A stretch of 64,000 nt of DNA from positions 584,704 to 648,703 of the forward strand of contig CAVRET010000002.1 in NCBI GenBank assembly GCA_963720265.1, written 5' to 3'. Positions 47,167 through 57,218 of the stretch are shown here, piece after piece. This DNA comes from an uncultured bacterium. Lineage in GTDB: Bacteria; Patescibacteriota; Saccharimonadia; UBA4664. Every line of letters begins with the position of its first letter. Position 1 is the stretch's first letter. The position numbers were made by a program, and so were the translations under genes. The notes below the pieces were generated by a model that was not told the origin of the DNA, ran no database searches, and worked only from the letters and a program-made list of their open reading frames with translations.

Positions 47167-48363
47167 ATGAAGTCAACCGTACCAAAAAATTATTATTTCG
47201 ATCATGCCGCCGGTGCGCCGCTTGCTCCCGAGGCGCTCGAGGCCATGCTGCCGTATCTGCAGGAATACGCCAACCCCTCGAGCTTGTATGGTGCCGCCCG
47301 TGAGGCTAGGCACGCCATTGATGCCGCCCGCGCCGCTATCGCCGATACCCTCGGCGCCAAGCCCACCGAGATCGTGTTCACGTCTGGCACGACGGAGGGT
47401 GACAACCTAGCGCTCCAAGGTGTGCTCCGCGCTCACCGGGGCGCCCATTGGATTACAAGCGCGATCGAGCACGAGGCCGTTTTGGCCTACACTAAGCCGG
47501 CAAAAAGCGAGCACCACCCATTCACTATCGTCCCGGTGAGGCCCAACGGTATTATCGATCCAACGGCGGTTGAGCGCGCCATCACGGATAAAACGGTGCT
47601 CATTAGCCTCATGATGGCCAATAACGAAATTGGTACCCTTCAGCCTGTGGCCGAGATCGCAAAAACAATTGCGGGAGTCCGTGCTGACCGCAAACAGCGC
47701 GGCCTCGACCTCCCACTGTACCTCCACTCTGACGCCGCCCAGGCCGCTGGCTACTTAGACCTGCACGTCTCGCGGCTCGGCCTCGACCTCCTTACCTTAG
47801 GCGGCGCTAAAATGTATGGCCCCAAGGGCACCGGCATCCTGTACGTGCGTCATGGCACCGAGCTTGAGCCGCTCATCTACGGTGGCGGCCAGGAGCGCGG
47901 CCGCCGCAGCGGTACCGAAAATGTAGCCGGCGCAGTCGGCATTGCCAAAGCCTTTGAGCTTGCGACCAACCTGCGGGCTGAGGAATCCCGTCGTCTCAGC
48001 GCCTTGCGTGACGAGCTCATCCACCGCATACTCGAGACCATCCCCGGTGCCAAGATCAACGGCGACTCCAAACGCCGCCTGCCAAACAACATCTCGCTCA
48101 TCATCCCCGGCGCTGAAGGCGAAGCCATGGTGCTCTACCTCGATCAGGCTGGGATCCAGGCCTCTACCGGCTCGGCCTGCACCACCGGCAGCCTTGAGCC
48201 GTCACATGTGTTGCTCGCCATTGGCCGCACCCCGGCCGAAGCCAACTCATCGCTGCGCCTCACCCTCGGCCGTGCCATCAATCAGGCCGCCGTCGATCAC
48301 CTCATTACCGTATTGCCGCCCATTGTGAGCCGCTTGCGCGACCTAAGCCACGAGCGACACTAG
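47167..48363 (+). CDS. cysteine desulfurase (class V aminotransferase, NifS/IscS/SufS-like)
   Basis: FTSGTTEGDNLALQGV, SAIEHEAV, LHSDAAQAAG, GGAKMYGPKG (PLP Lys), SGSACTTGS (active Cys). Confidence 0.75.
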   Translation: MKSTVPKNYYFDHAAGAPLAPEALEAMLPYLQEYANPSSLYGAAREARHAIDAARAAIADTLGAKPTEIVFTSGTTEGDNLALQGVLRAHRGAHWITSAIEHEAVLAYTKPAKSEHHPFTIVPVRPNGIIDPTAVERAITDKTVLISLMMANNEIGTLQPVAEIAKTIAGVRADRKQRGLDLPLYLHSDAAQAAGYLDLHVSRLGLDLLTLGGAKMYGPKGTGILYVRHGTELEPLIYGGGQERGRRSGTENVAGAVGIAKAFELATNLRAEESRRLSALRDELIHRILETIPGAKINGDSKRRLPNNISLIIPGAEGEAMVLYLDQAGIQASTGSACTTGSLEPSHVLLAIGRTPAEANSSLRLTLGRAINQAAVDHLITVLPPIVSRLRDLSHERH

Positions 48364-48801
48364 ATACACCGCCATCACGATACCGATTGCCAAATCGGAA
48401 TACATTGCTATATTTTCTTCAAAATTACGCTTTTTCGGAAGGTGTTCGAGCCCAGCCAAGAATAAAAACAGGCCGCCGCTAAGCGCCACGGCTGGCTGCC
48501 AACCCGGCTGCCAGAGCGAGACTATCCCCGCTAAACCCACGGCGAGATTATAGTTGCCAAGCTCCCGTACCAGCTGCCACGAAGCCTTATCTTTAATCCC
48601 TAATATGCCCTCCGCAGTTAGGCCGGGCTTCACGATCTGCCTCACGCCGGCGGTAAACAGCCGCACCCCAATGGCCCAAAAAATGAACCACTGGCCAATT
48701 AAGGATAAGACTGCCGAGTGGTTTTTATTTATGGCCACTTCCGTCACGACCGACAACACCGGAAAGACAAACATGAGTGCCGCGACTGTTACTACATACA
48801 T
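48343..48801 (-). CDS. hypothetical membrane protein
   Basis: 152 aa, about 4 TM helices. Confidence 0.4.
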   Translation of the reverse strand: MYVVTVAALMFVFPVLSVVTEVAINKNHSAVLSLIGQWFIFWAIGVRLFTAGVRQIVKPGLTAEGILGIKDKASWQLVRELGNYNLAVGLAGIVSLWQPGWQPAVALSGGLFLFLAGLEHLPKKRNFEENIAMYSDLAIGIVMAVYLVSLVA

Positions 48802-49400
48802 TGCGCGATAATCCTGGCCGGCGCACCGTCGGCACTTAGCTTCAGCGGCAGTGCAATCACGTTAAACGTCTGTCCCTCCAAGACGGATAATCCCACCAAG
48901 TTTTCGGCCAGTAGTATATTCTTCTTCAACCAGGCCTTGTGTAACGGAAACGGCTCGGCGTCAAAGCTACCGGCATCCACCGCCATGATACTCGGCTGTC
49001 GGCCGGTAAGGTACGCCACCGATTCATCATCCAGTTTTGGCACCTTGTCGTAGTAATCGGCCGCCATATAGTCATCGCTAAAACCGGTCCACAAGAGCAC
49101 AATGTCGCCCGGCCGTAAGGCCGCTTGTTCAAGCCCGGCCAGGGTAAACCCCCGCCGACCGTCCACCAGCACACCCCGCCCAACCAGCCGGTCCACGCCA
49201 AATGCATCTAGCATTACCCCGCCGGCCATCATGTGTCCTGGCGCATCAAGATGAGTACCGTTATGAGTATCCAAACGCAGCACCGAGTCCTGATAACCAT
49301 CGCTATCAACGGTCGCAATGGTCTCAAGCTCCACCCGCGGATCACCGGGATACACCGGTGTGTTGGGGCCGAGCGGCATAGTAAGGTCAATGAGTTTCAT
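48792..49400 (-). CDS. cyclase-family protein (kynurenine formamidase-like)
   Basis: DTHNGTHLDAPGHM, characteristic of the cyclase/arylformamidase family. Confidence 0.6.
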   Translation of the reverse strand: MKLIDLTMPLGPNTPVYPGDPRVELETIATVDSDGYQDSVLRLDTHNGTHLDAPGHMMAGGVMLDAFGVDRLVGRGVLVDGRRGFTLAGLEQAALRPGDIVLLWTGFSDDYMAADYYDKVPKLDDESVAYLTGRQPSIMAVDAGSFDAEPFPLHKAWLKKNILLAENLVGLSVLEGQTFNVIALPLKLSADGAPARIIAQCM

Positions 49401-49459
49401 ATGGCCATTCTAGCAGCTGTACAGGGACCGGCTCATTCCCGCCTGGTACAATAGAATTC

Positions 49460-50053
49460 ATGAAGCGCTTGGTGTTGGTGACGAGTATAACGCTCGGCGT
49501 CCTCCTATTCCTGGCTGTGGCGGTCTTTTTTAGCGTCGGCTTTTACCTGTCGCCCCAAAGCCCACTCACCAAAGCCGACGTCATTGTGGCCATTTCAGGC
49601 GGTGAGACCAATGCCCGCACCGCCGCAGCCGTTGACTTATATCAGGCTGGTTATGCGCCGCACCTCATTTTCTCCGGTGCTGCGGCCGATCCGTCCGGCC
49701 CGTCCAATGCCAGAGCGATGGCCGACGCCGCCATTGCCGCAGGCGTTCCGCCGTCTGCTATCGAGCTTGACGAAACTTCCACTGATACGGCCCAAAATGC
49801 CGCCAACGTGTCCGCCATCATCCGTCGCGACAACTATCACTCCCTGATCCTCGTTACCTCGCCGTATCATCAGCGCCGGGCCTACATCGTCTTCCGGCGC
49901 GCACTCGGACCGGGCTACAACATTATCAATCACTCTAGCTACGACCAGGGCTGGCGTCGTTCCGACTGGTGGGCCACACCGGCATCACGCGCGCTGACGG
50001 TTTCCGAACTGCAAAAAGTTGCCTATGAGCTCATAAGTGGATCCAACCAATGA
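49460..50053 (+). CDS. DUF218 (YdcF/SanA-like) envelope protein
   Basis: N-terminal TM, ADVIVAISGGETNAR, SPYHQRRAYIVFRR. Confidence 0.55.
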   Translation: MKRLVLVTSITLGVLLFLAVAVFFSVGFYLSPQSPLTKADVIVAISGGETNARTAAAVDLYQAGYAPHLIFSGAAADPSGPSNARAMADAAIAAGVPPSAIELDETSTDTAQNAANVSAIIRRDNYHSLILVTSPYHQRRAYIVFRRALGPGYNIINHSSYDQGWRRSDWWATPASRALTVSELQKVAYELISGSNQ

Positions 50054-51012
50054 TTGTTGATCTCGTAATTGTGGCCGCGCTCGTGTATGCCGCTTACGTC
50101 GGCACCAAGCGAGGCTTCATGCTTATCGGTCTCGAGCTGATCAGCTTCGTTATCGCCACCGCTGCCGGCCTGTTGGCCTATCGCCCGGTTGGTACCTGGT
50201 TGCATGCGTTGCCCACGGTTACGCTTGCGCTCGGAGAAATCGGCGGTTTTGTGCTGGTTTGGGTGTTTGTTGAGATCCTCTGTGCGCTCGTCATTCGACT
50301 AACCGTATTACCGCGTCTTATGCGCAGTCGTCATCAACTGTCACGGATCGACCAGGCCGGCGGCGCCGTACTCAATACGCTGCGCGGCCTTATTCTGCTC
50401 ACGCTCGGGCTGATCGTGTTTGTCGGCCTCCCGGTTTCCGCCAGCACGAAACAGCCGGTTACCGAAGCCGCCCTGCCGAAACTCATGTTGGCCAAAAGCG
50501 GCCAGCTTCAAACCTGGCTATCGAACGGCCTCGGTGGCGACCTCAACCAGTCACTCAACTTTTTCACCGTCACCACTGATCCCGAATCCACCGAGCACAT
50601 CAATCTCGGCTACACCACCACCGGCATCGCCGACCCGGCCGACGAAGAAGCTATGCTGGTGCTGGTCAATCACGAGCGCACCAGTCGCGGCTTGAAACCG
50701 CTTGTTATGGACCAAAAGATTCGCCTCGAAGCGCGGGCCTACTCGCAAGAAATGTTCCAGCACGGCTACTTCTCGCACATCGACCCCGAGGGCAACAACC
50801 CGTTCGAGCGCATGACCGCAGCCGGCATTAAATACAATGTGGCCGGCGAAAACCTGGCCTTAGCACCCACGCTCCAACTCGCGCACCAGGGGCTCATGAA
50901 TTCGCCGCCCCACCGCGCCAACATTCTCAATCCGTCCTTCCGCAAAGTCGGCATTGGTATTGAAAACGGCGGCTCCTACGGCCTCATGGTCACCCAGGAC
51001 TTCACCGACTAA
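50050..51012 (+). CDS. CvpA-family membrane domain fused to a CAP (SCP/PR-1-like) extracellular domain
   Basis: About 4 TM N-terminus; C-terminus HERTSRGLKPL...GYFSHIDPEGNNPFERM...GENLA...MNSPPHRANILNPSFRKVGIGI. Confidence 0.55.
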   Translation: MIVDLVIVAALVYAAYVGTKRGFMLIGLELISFVIATAAGLLAYRPVGTWLHALPTVTLALGEIGGFVLVWVFVEILCALVIRLTVLPRLMRSRHQLSRIDQAGGAVLNTLRGLILLTLGLIVFVGLPVSASTKQPVTEAALPKLMLAKSGQLQTWLSNGLGGDLNQSLNFFTVTTDPESTEHINLGYTTTGIADPADEEAMLVLVNHERTSRGLKPLVMDQKIRLEARAYSQEMFQHGYFSHIDPEGNNPFERMTAAGIKYNVAGENLALAPTLQLAHQGLMNSPPHRANILNPSFRKVGIGIENGGSYGLMVTQDFTD

Positions 51013-51075
51013 AAAAACGCCCGCCCTTCCAACTGGAAAGGCGGGATGGGGCGGCCCATAGCAGCCGCCCGCCCG

Positions 51076-51537
51076 TCAACTGTGGTATGACACGGTCAAG
51101 TGTTGCATGGCCAGCGGCCGCACCCGGTCCAAGATGACCGCTTCAGGCGTACCTGCGGCCGGCAGGCCGGCAGCCACGATGGCCTTCGTATCTGCGTGCC
51201 TCAGCACCCAGAATGGGCCGGTCGGTCCCGGCCGCACATGTATGGGCCACGTGCTCGCTGCGTACTCAACATTTTCCTCCGGCCCGGTATCTGGAAATAC
51301 TGCCAGCGCCCGGTCACGGTTGTGGTCGGCGATATAGGCCAGAACAAGTCCGGTAATCGCCAGTTCGAATGTGCGCCGTTCCTCAGCCTGCTCGTCTGTA
51401 AGCTGCACCTGTTCGGTACGGGCCGCCTCTACCGCGCCATCCGGGTTATATAGGGTCCAGCGAATGCCCCTTGGGTTCTCTGCGATCACGAGCAGGTAGC
51501 GATCACTGCCCACATAGAGGTACATTGCTCCTAGCAT
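51076..51537 (-). CDS. hypothetical protein
   Basis: 153-aa ORF. Confidence 0.35.
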   Translation of the reverse strand: MLGAMYLYVGSDRYLLVIAENPRGIRWTLYNPDGAVEAARTEQVQLTDEQAEERRTFELAITGLVLAYIADHNRDRALAVFPDTGPEENVEYAASTWPIHVRPGPTGPFWVLRHADTKAIVAAGLPAAGTPEAVILDRVRPLAMQHLTVSYHS

Positions 51538-51592
51538 CAGGCATCTCCTTCTGTCGATTGGCCCCCAGGGTCATGCTATAATAAAATATAAT

Positions 51593-52639
51593 ATGCCAAC
51601 TGTCTATGTCGGTCTTAGCGGGGGAGTCGATTCCTCCACCTCAGCCGCCTTGCTCAAAACGCAGGGCTATAACGTCATGGGCGTGTACATGAAGAACTGG
51701 ACTTCCGACGTTGCCGGCGTGGCCTGCCCGTGGAAGCAGGACCTGGCCGACGCCCGTGCTGCTGCGGCCGTACTCGACATTCCATTTAAGGTCTTTGATT
51801 TTCAGGCCGAATATCGCCAGCACGTCGTCGACGCTATGGTGGCCGAATACAAATCAGGTCGCACGCCCAACCCCGATGTGCTCTGCAACCAGCACATCAA
51901 GTTCGACCTATTTTTGCGCACCGCCCTAGCCGACGGCGCCGACCTCATTGCGACCGGTCATTACGCGAAAACGGAAAACGGCCGGCTCTTCGCTGCCGCC
52001 GACAAAAATAAGGACCAAAGCTACTTCCTCTACCGTCTCACGCCCGATGCTCTGGCCAAAACCATCTTTCCACTAGCCGCCATCACCAAGCCAGAAGTGC
52101 GCCGACTGGCGGCCAAATTTGGTCTGCCCACAGCCACAAAGCCCGACTCCCAAGGCATTTGCTTCATTGGCGAAGTGAGTCTGCGCGAATTCTTGCAGCA
52201 ATATCTCACGCCCGCACCTGGTCCGGTCGTGCTGGCCGCCACCGGAGAAACGCTTGGGGCCCATACAGGCGCCGAATTCTACACGCACGGTCAGCGCCAC
52301 GGCCTCGGCATCGGTGGCGGCATGCCGTATTACGTTACTCGCACCGATGTCACGACCGGCACGGTGTACGTCACCGCTGACCCGGCCGACCTCGAGCTCA
52401 CAACCGACCGCTTTGAGCTCGAAAACCTCCATTGGATCAGTGAGCCACCGACGCCCGGCCAAACCTACCACGTCCGCGCCCGCTACCGGGCTGCGCTCAT
52501 TACCGGCACACTCACGCCCAACACCGTCGGCACCCACGCCGTGCAGCTCGAGCGCCCCGAGCGCGCCGTTACTCCCGGCCAGTCAGCTGTTATCTATGAC
52601 GACTCTAGCCGTGTCCTCGGCGGCGGCCTCATCGCATAG
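51593..52639 (+). CDS. mnmA: tRNA-specific 2-thiouridylase
   Basis: VGLSGGVDSS PP-loop, NVMGVYMKNW, CNQHIKFD, GHYA. Confidence 0.85.
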   Translation: MPTVYVGLSGGVDSSTSAALLKTQGYNVMGVYMKNWTSDVAGVACPWKQDLADARAAAAVLDIPFKVFDFQAEYRQHVVDAMVAEYKSGRTPNPDVLCNQHIKFDLFLRTALADGADLIATGHYAKTENGRLFAAADKNKDQSYFLYRLTPDALAKTIFPLAAITKPEVRRLAAKFGLPTATKPDSQGICFIGEVSLREFLQQYLTPAPGPVVLAATGETLGAHTGAEFYTHGQRHGLGIGGGMPYYVTRTDVTTGTVYVTADPADLELTTDRFELENLHWISEPPTPGQTYHVRARYRAALITGTLTPNTVGTHAVQLERPERAVTPGQSAVIYDDSSRVLGGGLIA

Positions 52640-53198
52640 CATGGTAAACATTTAGGTACCACTTGTGCGGGTCAGAATCCTGAATCCCGAGCCACAACGA
52701 CCGCGCAGTCTCGGTATACAGATCGTTTACAAACATATTCTCGCGTAAAGTACCCATGCTACGGGCAAACTTCCATGCATCGCGCTGCTCACGAAACTCC
52801 ATGTCTACATCCAGCCGGTCAGCGTCCTTAACGATTTTTGCCTCAAGGGTCTCCATAGCCGCAAGTTCCCGCCACCACTTTGTGCCCTCGCCGGCCAGTA
52901 CCGTGTCCGCCAGCATGTGTTTGACTGCCTTTGTCTCGTCTCGGTGCAAATAAGCCTTATTAAACCAATTGGCGTCACCGGTGCGGCTTTCACCAATATC
53001 GTGCATGAGTGCCAACTGGAGCACCTTGCCGGCATCGGCCTGCTCATACAATGCAATCACAATCGCGATCCAGGCCACTCGCAAGGTGTGCTCCGCCACG
53101 TTCTGGACATTGGGACCATAAAACTGTACCCATTGACGGTCGATAAACCGCATCGCCCCGAGTTCATACAACAGATCGAGATCGCGGGAGGTACCCAC
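52629..53198 (-). CDS. HD-domain phosphohydrolase (YfbR-like nucleotidase)
   Basis: HTLRVAWIAIVIA...LALMHDIGESRTGD (HD motif). Confidence 0.6.
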   Translation of the reverse strand: MGTSRDLDLLYELGAMRFIDRQWVQFYGPNVQNVAEHTLRVAWIAIVIALYEQADAGKVLQLALMHDIGESRTGDANWFNKAYLHRDETKAVKHMLADTVLAGEGTKWWRELAAMETLEAKIVKDADRLDVDMEFREQRDAWKFARSMGTLRENMFVNDLYTETARSLWLGIQDSDPHKWYLNVYHAMR

Positions 53199-53920
53199 TA
53201 GTAATCCTCCTTCTTGCTCTCATATGACTGCTCCCAAAACAAAATGCCATCCTGCAAGGTATGGTCAATGACGTCCTCAACACCGGGAAACAGATTATCC
53301 AGTCTCTGGATCTCTGCTCGCGTATACCAATGGTTCGCGCCGCCGTCAAACCGGGCTTTAAAATCGCCGTGCGGATTCAGCGCCCGGAGGATGTAAAAGT
53401 GCTTGTCCTCGAGCAAATCGCCCTCGGTCGTGTAATCAAGCTTGTGGTAGAGGCACGTTAAAGTCATATCAGCGCGTAGACCAGCTTCTTCCATAAGTTC
53501 ACGCTCCGCCCCCTGAATTACCGTCTCGCCCCACCGGATCTTGCCACTCATAAACCCATGCCGGCCATAAAACGGCTGCTTCAACCGCTGCTGAATCATG
53601 TACTCGGTCTCGCCATCCGGACGCTCGCGGCTCGGCACCAGCAAGACGGTTATCTTGGCCTGCCGTTCAATCGTGCGCTCATCAGTATCCAGCCGGTTGG
53701 CATACTCCTTGCCCTTCACCGTTAACCGGTACCGGCCCGTTCTCACCTGCTCCACAAATCCCAGCTCGACCAGTCGCGCAATGTGAAAGTTAAAATGGTT
53801 GCTCGCAAGCCCCGTCGGCTTCTGCAATTCGGCAAACCCGGCTTCGGGCACAAACAACAGCTCGCGCAAAATTGAGGTCTGGGCAGCATGAATGGAAACT
53901 TCGTGACTCATTACGCCCAC
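53198..53920 (-). CDS. winged-helix DNA-binding domain fused to a NUDIX hydrolase (paralog A)
   Basis: N-terminal [43 protein letters not shown]; NUDIX box [23 protein letters not shown]. Confidence 0.55.
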   Translation of the reverse strand: MGVMSHEVSIHAAQTSILRELLFVPEAGFAELQKPTGLASNHFNFHIARLVELGFVEQVRTGRYRLTVKGKEYANRLDTDERTIERQAKITVLLVPSRERPDGETEYMIQQRLKQPFYGRHGFMSGKIRWGETVIQGAERELMEEAGLRADMTLTCLYHKLDYTTEGDLLEDKHFYILRALNPHGDFKARFDGGANHWYTRAEIQRLDNLFPGVEDVIDHTLQDGILFWEQSYESKKEDY

Positions 53921-53972
53921 AGTCTACGGACACATTGGGGCTTCGTCTAGTCAAGCGAGCTTGAGTTACCTA

Positions 53973-54683
53973 CTAAAACACCTTGCGATCGTATTCGTGC
54001 CGACCTTCCACAAACACACGCTCACCTGACAAAATACTCAGGCCAACGTCAAAGTTGCCAAAATGCTTCGGCTGGGCCAGCACCTCATCCAGTATCATCC
54101 AGGCATTCTGTCCGCCCTCAAAACGCTCTCGCAACTCTCCCTGAACATTAGTGCAATGGATATTAAAAAACAGTTTATCCTCAAGCAGCACATCAGTACC
54201 TTTTTCGAATGTTAATTCATGGTACAGGCCGAGGATTTTGTGGTCGGCCGTAAGACCCGTCTCCTCCGCAAGCTCGCGTGCCGCCGCCTCCACAATCGTC
54301 TCACCCCAGCGAATTTTGCCCGTCGGCCTGCCCCAAAAGCCAAAATACGGGTGCTTAAGCCGCTGTTGAAATAGAAACTCCTGCCGCCCGCCGCGCCTGC
54401 GCTCAATAATCAGCAGCACCACACATTTCGGTTGCCGCTCGACCGTATTGTTGTCGGTATCGAGCCGGTTGGCATACTCCTTGCCGGCTGTAGTTAGCCT
54501 GTAACGCGCCCGCCCGGCTCGCTCCACATAGACAAGCTCCACCAGCCGGTTAATATGAAACGTAAAGTGGTCGCTCGAAAGTCCCGTCGGCTTCTGCAGT
54601 TCCGCAAACCCGGCCGTCGGCAAAAACAGCAGCTCCCGCAGAATTGACGTTTGCGCCTCATGAATTTTCACTTCATGGCCCAT
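53973..54683 (-). CDS. winged-helix DNA-binding domain fused to a NUDIX hydrolase (paralog B)
   Basis: Same architecture: [43 protein letters not shown]; [23 protein letters not shown]. Confidence 0.55.
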   Translation of the reverse strand: MGHEVKIHEAQTSILRELLFLPTAGFAELQKPTGLSSDHFTFHINRLVELVYVERAGRARYRLTTAGKEYANRLDTDNNTVERQPKCVVLLIIERRRGGRQEFLFQQRLKHPYFGFWGRPTGKIRWGETIVEAAARELAEETGLTADHKILGLYHELTFEKGTDVLLEDKLFFNIHCTNVQGELRERFEGGQNAWMILDEVLAQPKHFGNFDVGLSILSGERVFVEGRHEYDRKVF

Positions 54684-54802
54684 AGCCGCACTCTGTTACT
54701 GCCGCGAGTATACGGCTCGCCCACCCACATGACTAGTAAAGTTGACTTTACTTGTGTAAACTACCCTAACCCCAACGTTACCCACTGAAGGGAGCAGCCC
54801 AA

Positions 54803-55219
54803 ATGGACGGGCCCACAAAGCTAACCTCGTCATCGCGGCGCCATTCCATGGTCAATACCAGGCCCGCGCGCGGCCTGTCGGCCCAGCAAATACTGGCCCG
54901 GCTTCTGCCACCTGGCACACCAACCGTGACCGCACTCGAACGGTGCGGAGCGCTGCGCCGAATGGTCTTGCGCCTCTGCAGCCACACGGCGTATGGACGC
55001 ACCAACCCGGATGAGCGCTACGACATTAAGGCCGATCGCAGGGTACTGATAGAGGCCGGCATTGGCTGGGAAGAGTTCCTGGCCATACACGACCAGGTCG
55101 TGGCCGGCGACTACCGCCTTTGCACTCGTCTGCTGGTGTCACTGCGGTGCCAACGGCGCCTGCTGGATTATGTCCGCGCCCGCCAAGGATCCGCCGGCGG
55201 AGAGCTCGTCCGGACGTAA
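54803..55219 (+). CDS. hypothetical protein
   Basis: 138-aa ORF, Arg-rich, weak. Confidence 0.25.
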   Translation: MDGPTKLTSSSRRHSMVNTRPARGLSAQQILARLLPPGTPTVTALERCGALRRMVLRLCSHTAYGRTNPDERYDIKADRRVLIEAGIGWEEFLAIHDQVVAGDYRLCTRLLVSLRCQRRLLDYVRARQGSAGGELVRT

Positions 55220-55324
55220 TCAGCAAAGGGAGGCCGATGTGCCGGCAAGTTGGGGATAGGCGGGCGCCTCACCGCGCCCGCCTATCCTTTGGAATTATGA
55301 AGAACCTACGCTAAACTATCACCC

Positions 55325-57214
55325 ATGACCACGCAAGAAATTCGTTCCGCCTATCTCAAATTTATGGCCGACCGCGGCCACGCCATTATCCCCCGCGCCA
55401 ACTTGGTGCCGGCCGAGGATCCTACCACGCTCTTTACCGGTTCGGGTATGCAGCCGCTCGTGCCCTACTTGCTCGGCGCCGAGCACCCGGAGGGCAAACG
55501 ACTGGCAGATTCGCAGCCCAGCTTCCGCGCCGAAGATATCGATGAGGTCGGCGACAATCGCCACACTACCCTGTTCGAAATGCTCGGCAACTGGAGCCTC
55601 GGTGATTACTTTAAGGCCGAAGAATTACTCTGGTTTTGGGAATTCCTAACCGAAGTCGTCGGCCTTGATCCCAAGCGGCTCTATTCTACCGCATACATCG
55701 GCGACGAGAAATACGACATTCCACCCGACACCGAATCAGTTGAAATCTGGAAAAAGTTGTTTGCCCAAAAGAATATCGAAGCCGAAGTTGCCGAAATCGG
55801 CTCCGAAGCCGAAGGTTACAAGCGCGGCATGAGGCCAGGCGAGCGCATTTTCCTTTACGACGGCAAAAAAAATTGGTGGAACCGCGGCGAAAAAGGGCCC
55901 AAAACCACTCCCATTGGTGACCCCTGCGGCCCTAACTCCGAAGTCTTTTACGAGTTCACCCACATCGTGCACAACAAGGCCTGGGGCGAACATTGCCACC
56001 CCAACTGCGACTGCGGTCGGTTTGTAGAAGTCGGTAACGCTGTCTTCATGCAGTACCGCAAGCGCGAGGACGGCGGCCTCGACAAGCTGCCCAAAGCTAA
56101 CGTCGATTTTGGCGGCGGCCTTGAGCGCATTGCCCAGGCGGCCGAAGGCTCGGGCGACATGTTTAAAATCAGCCTACTCTGGCCCATCATCCGCAAACTC
56201 GAGGAGCTATCCGGCTTCACGTATGATCAAAATCCCGGCGCTATGCGCATTATTGCCGACCATCTGCGCGCCGCCACCTGGCTGGCCACCGACGGCGTGA
56301 TGCCGAGTAACACTGCCCAGGGCTACGTTATGCGCCGCTTCATTCGTCGCGCCATCCGCCAGGCGCTCACACTCGACCTCCGTGACGACTTCCTTGAGCT
56401 CATCGTGCCGGTCATCACCGAACTCTACAAAAAAGACTATCCCGAGATGGCTGCTCGCGAAGAAACCATCATCCATACTCTGGTCAGCGAGGAAAAACAA
56501 TTCCGCGCCACCCTGGAGCGTGGCGTCCGCGAATTCGACAAGCTCTCCGAGCACGGCCTCACCGGTTATGAAATCTTCAAACTCTTCGACACGTTTGGCT
56601 TCCCCTACGAATTAACCCTTGAAGAAGCTGAAACCAAGCACATCAAAATCTCCAACAACTGGCGCGAGCAGTTCGACAAACTCATGGCCGAGCAAAAAGA
56701 CCGTTCCCGCACCGCCACCGTGGGCCAATTCAAAGGCGGCCTGGCCGACCATTCAGAAATCAGCACGAAGTACCACACCGCCACCCACCTCATGTATAAG
56801 GCCCTGCGGCTCGTACTCGGCGACCACGTCGTGCAGCGTGGCTCAAACATCACGCCCGAGCGCTTGCGCTTCGACTTTTCATACCCAGCCAAGATGACCC
56901 CGGAAGAGATCAAGCGTGTCGAAGACATTGTGAACGAAAACATTGCCAAAGACTGGCCCATGGGCTTTCGCGAAATCCCGACCGAGCAGGCCTTTAAAGA
57001 GGGGGCTCTCGGCGCATTTGGCGACAAGTACGGCGACAAGGTCAAGGTTTACACTGCTGGCGACCCGGAAGGTGAGTGGTACTCCAAGGAAATCTGCGGC
57101 GGCCCGCACGTTTCGCACACCGGCCAACTCGCCGAGGGCGGCAAGCACTTCAAAATCACCAAAGAAGAATCATCATCCGCCGGCGTCCGCCGCATCAAAG
57201 CTGTATTACAATAG
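55325..57214 (+). CDS. alaS: alanyl-tRNA synthetase, short form lacking the C-terminal C-Ala domain
   Basis: N-terminal catalytic core (FTGSGMQP, GDNRHTTLFEMLGNWS) and an editing-domain HxxxH (HTATHLMY), CGGPHV; 629 aa versus about 870 for the canonical form. Confidence 0.7.
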   Translation: MTTQEIRSAYLKFMADRGHAIIPRANLVPAEDPTTLFTGSGMQPLVPYLLGAEHPEGKRLADSQPSFRAEDIDEVGDNRHTTLFEMLGNWSLGDYFKAEELLWFWEFLTEVVGLDPKRLYSTAYIGDEKYDIPPDTESVEIWKKLFAQKNIEAEVAEIGSEAEGYKRGMRPGERIFLYDGKKNWWNRGEKGPKTTPIGDPCGPNSEVFYEFTHIVHNKAWGEHCHPNCDCGRFVEVGNAVFMQYRKREDGGLDKLPKANVDFGGGLERIAQAAEGSGDMFKISLLWPIIRKLEELSGFTYDQNPGAMRIIADHLRAATWLATDGVMPSNTAQGYVMRRFIRRAIRQALTLDLRDDFLELIVPVITELYKKDYPEMAAREETIIHTLVSEEKQFRATLERGVREFDKLSEHGLTGYEIFKLFDTFGFPYELTLEEAETKHIKISNNWREQFDKLMAEQKDRSRTATVGQFKGGLADHSEISTKYHTATHLMYKALRLVLGDHVVQRGSNITPERLRFDFSYPAKMTPEEIKRVEDIVNENIAKDWPMGFREIPTEQAFKEGALGAFGDKYGDKVKVYTAGDPEGEWYSKEICGGPHVSHTGQLAEGGKHFKITKEESSSAGVRRIKAVLQ

Positions 57215-57218
57215 AACC

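Noticed and set aside
56943-57218. 201-aa ORF 56943..57548 overlapping the 3' end of alaS in another frame.
   Set aside because: The first about 90 residues are Arg/Ser/Thr-rich, out-of-frame alaS sequence. Only the last 109 aa, from the ATG at 57219 after the alaS stop, look like a real protein.
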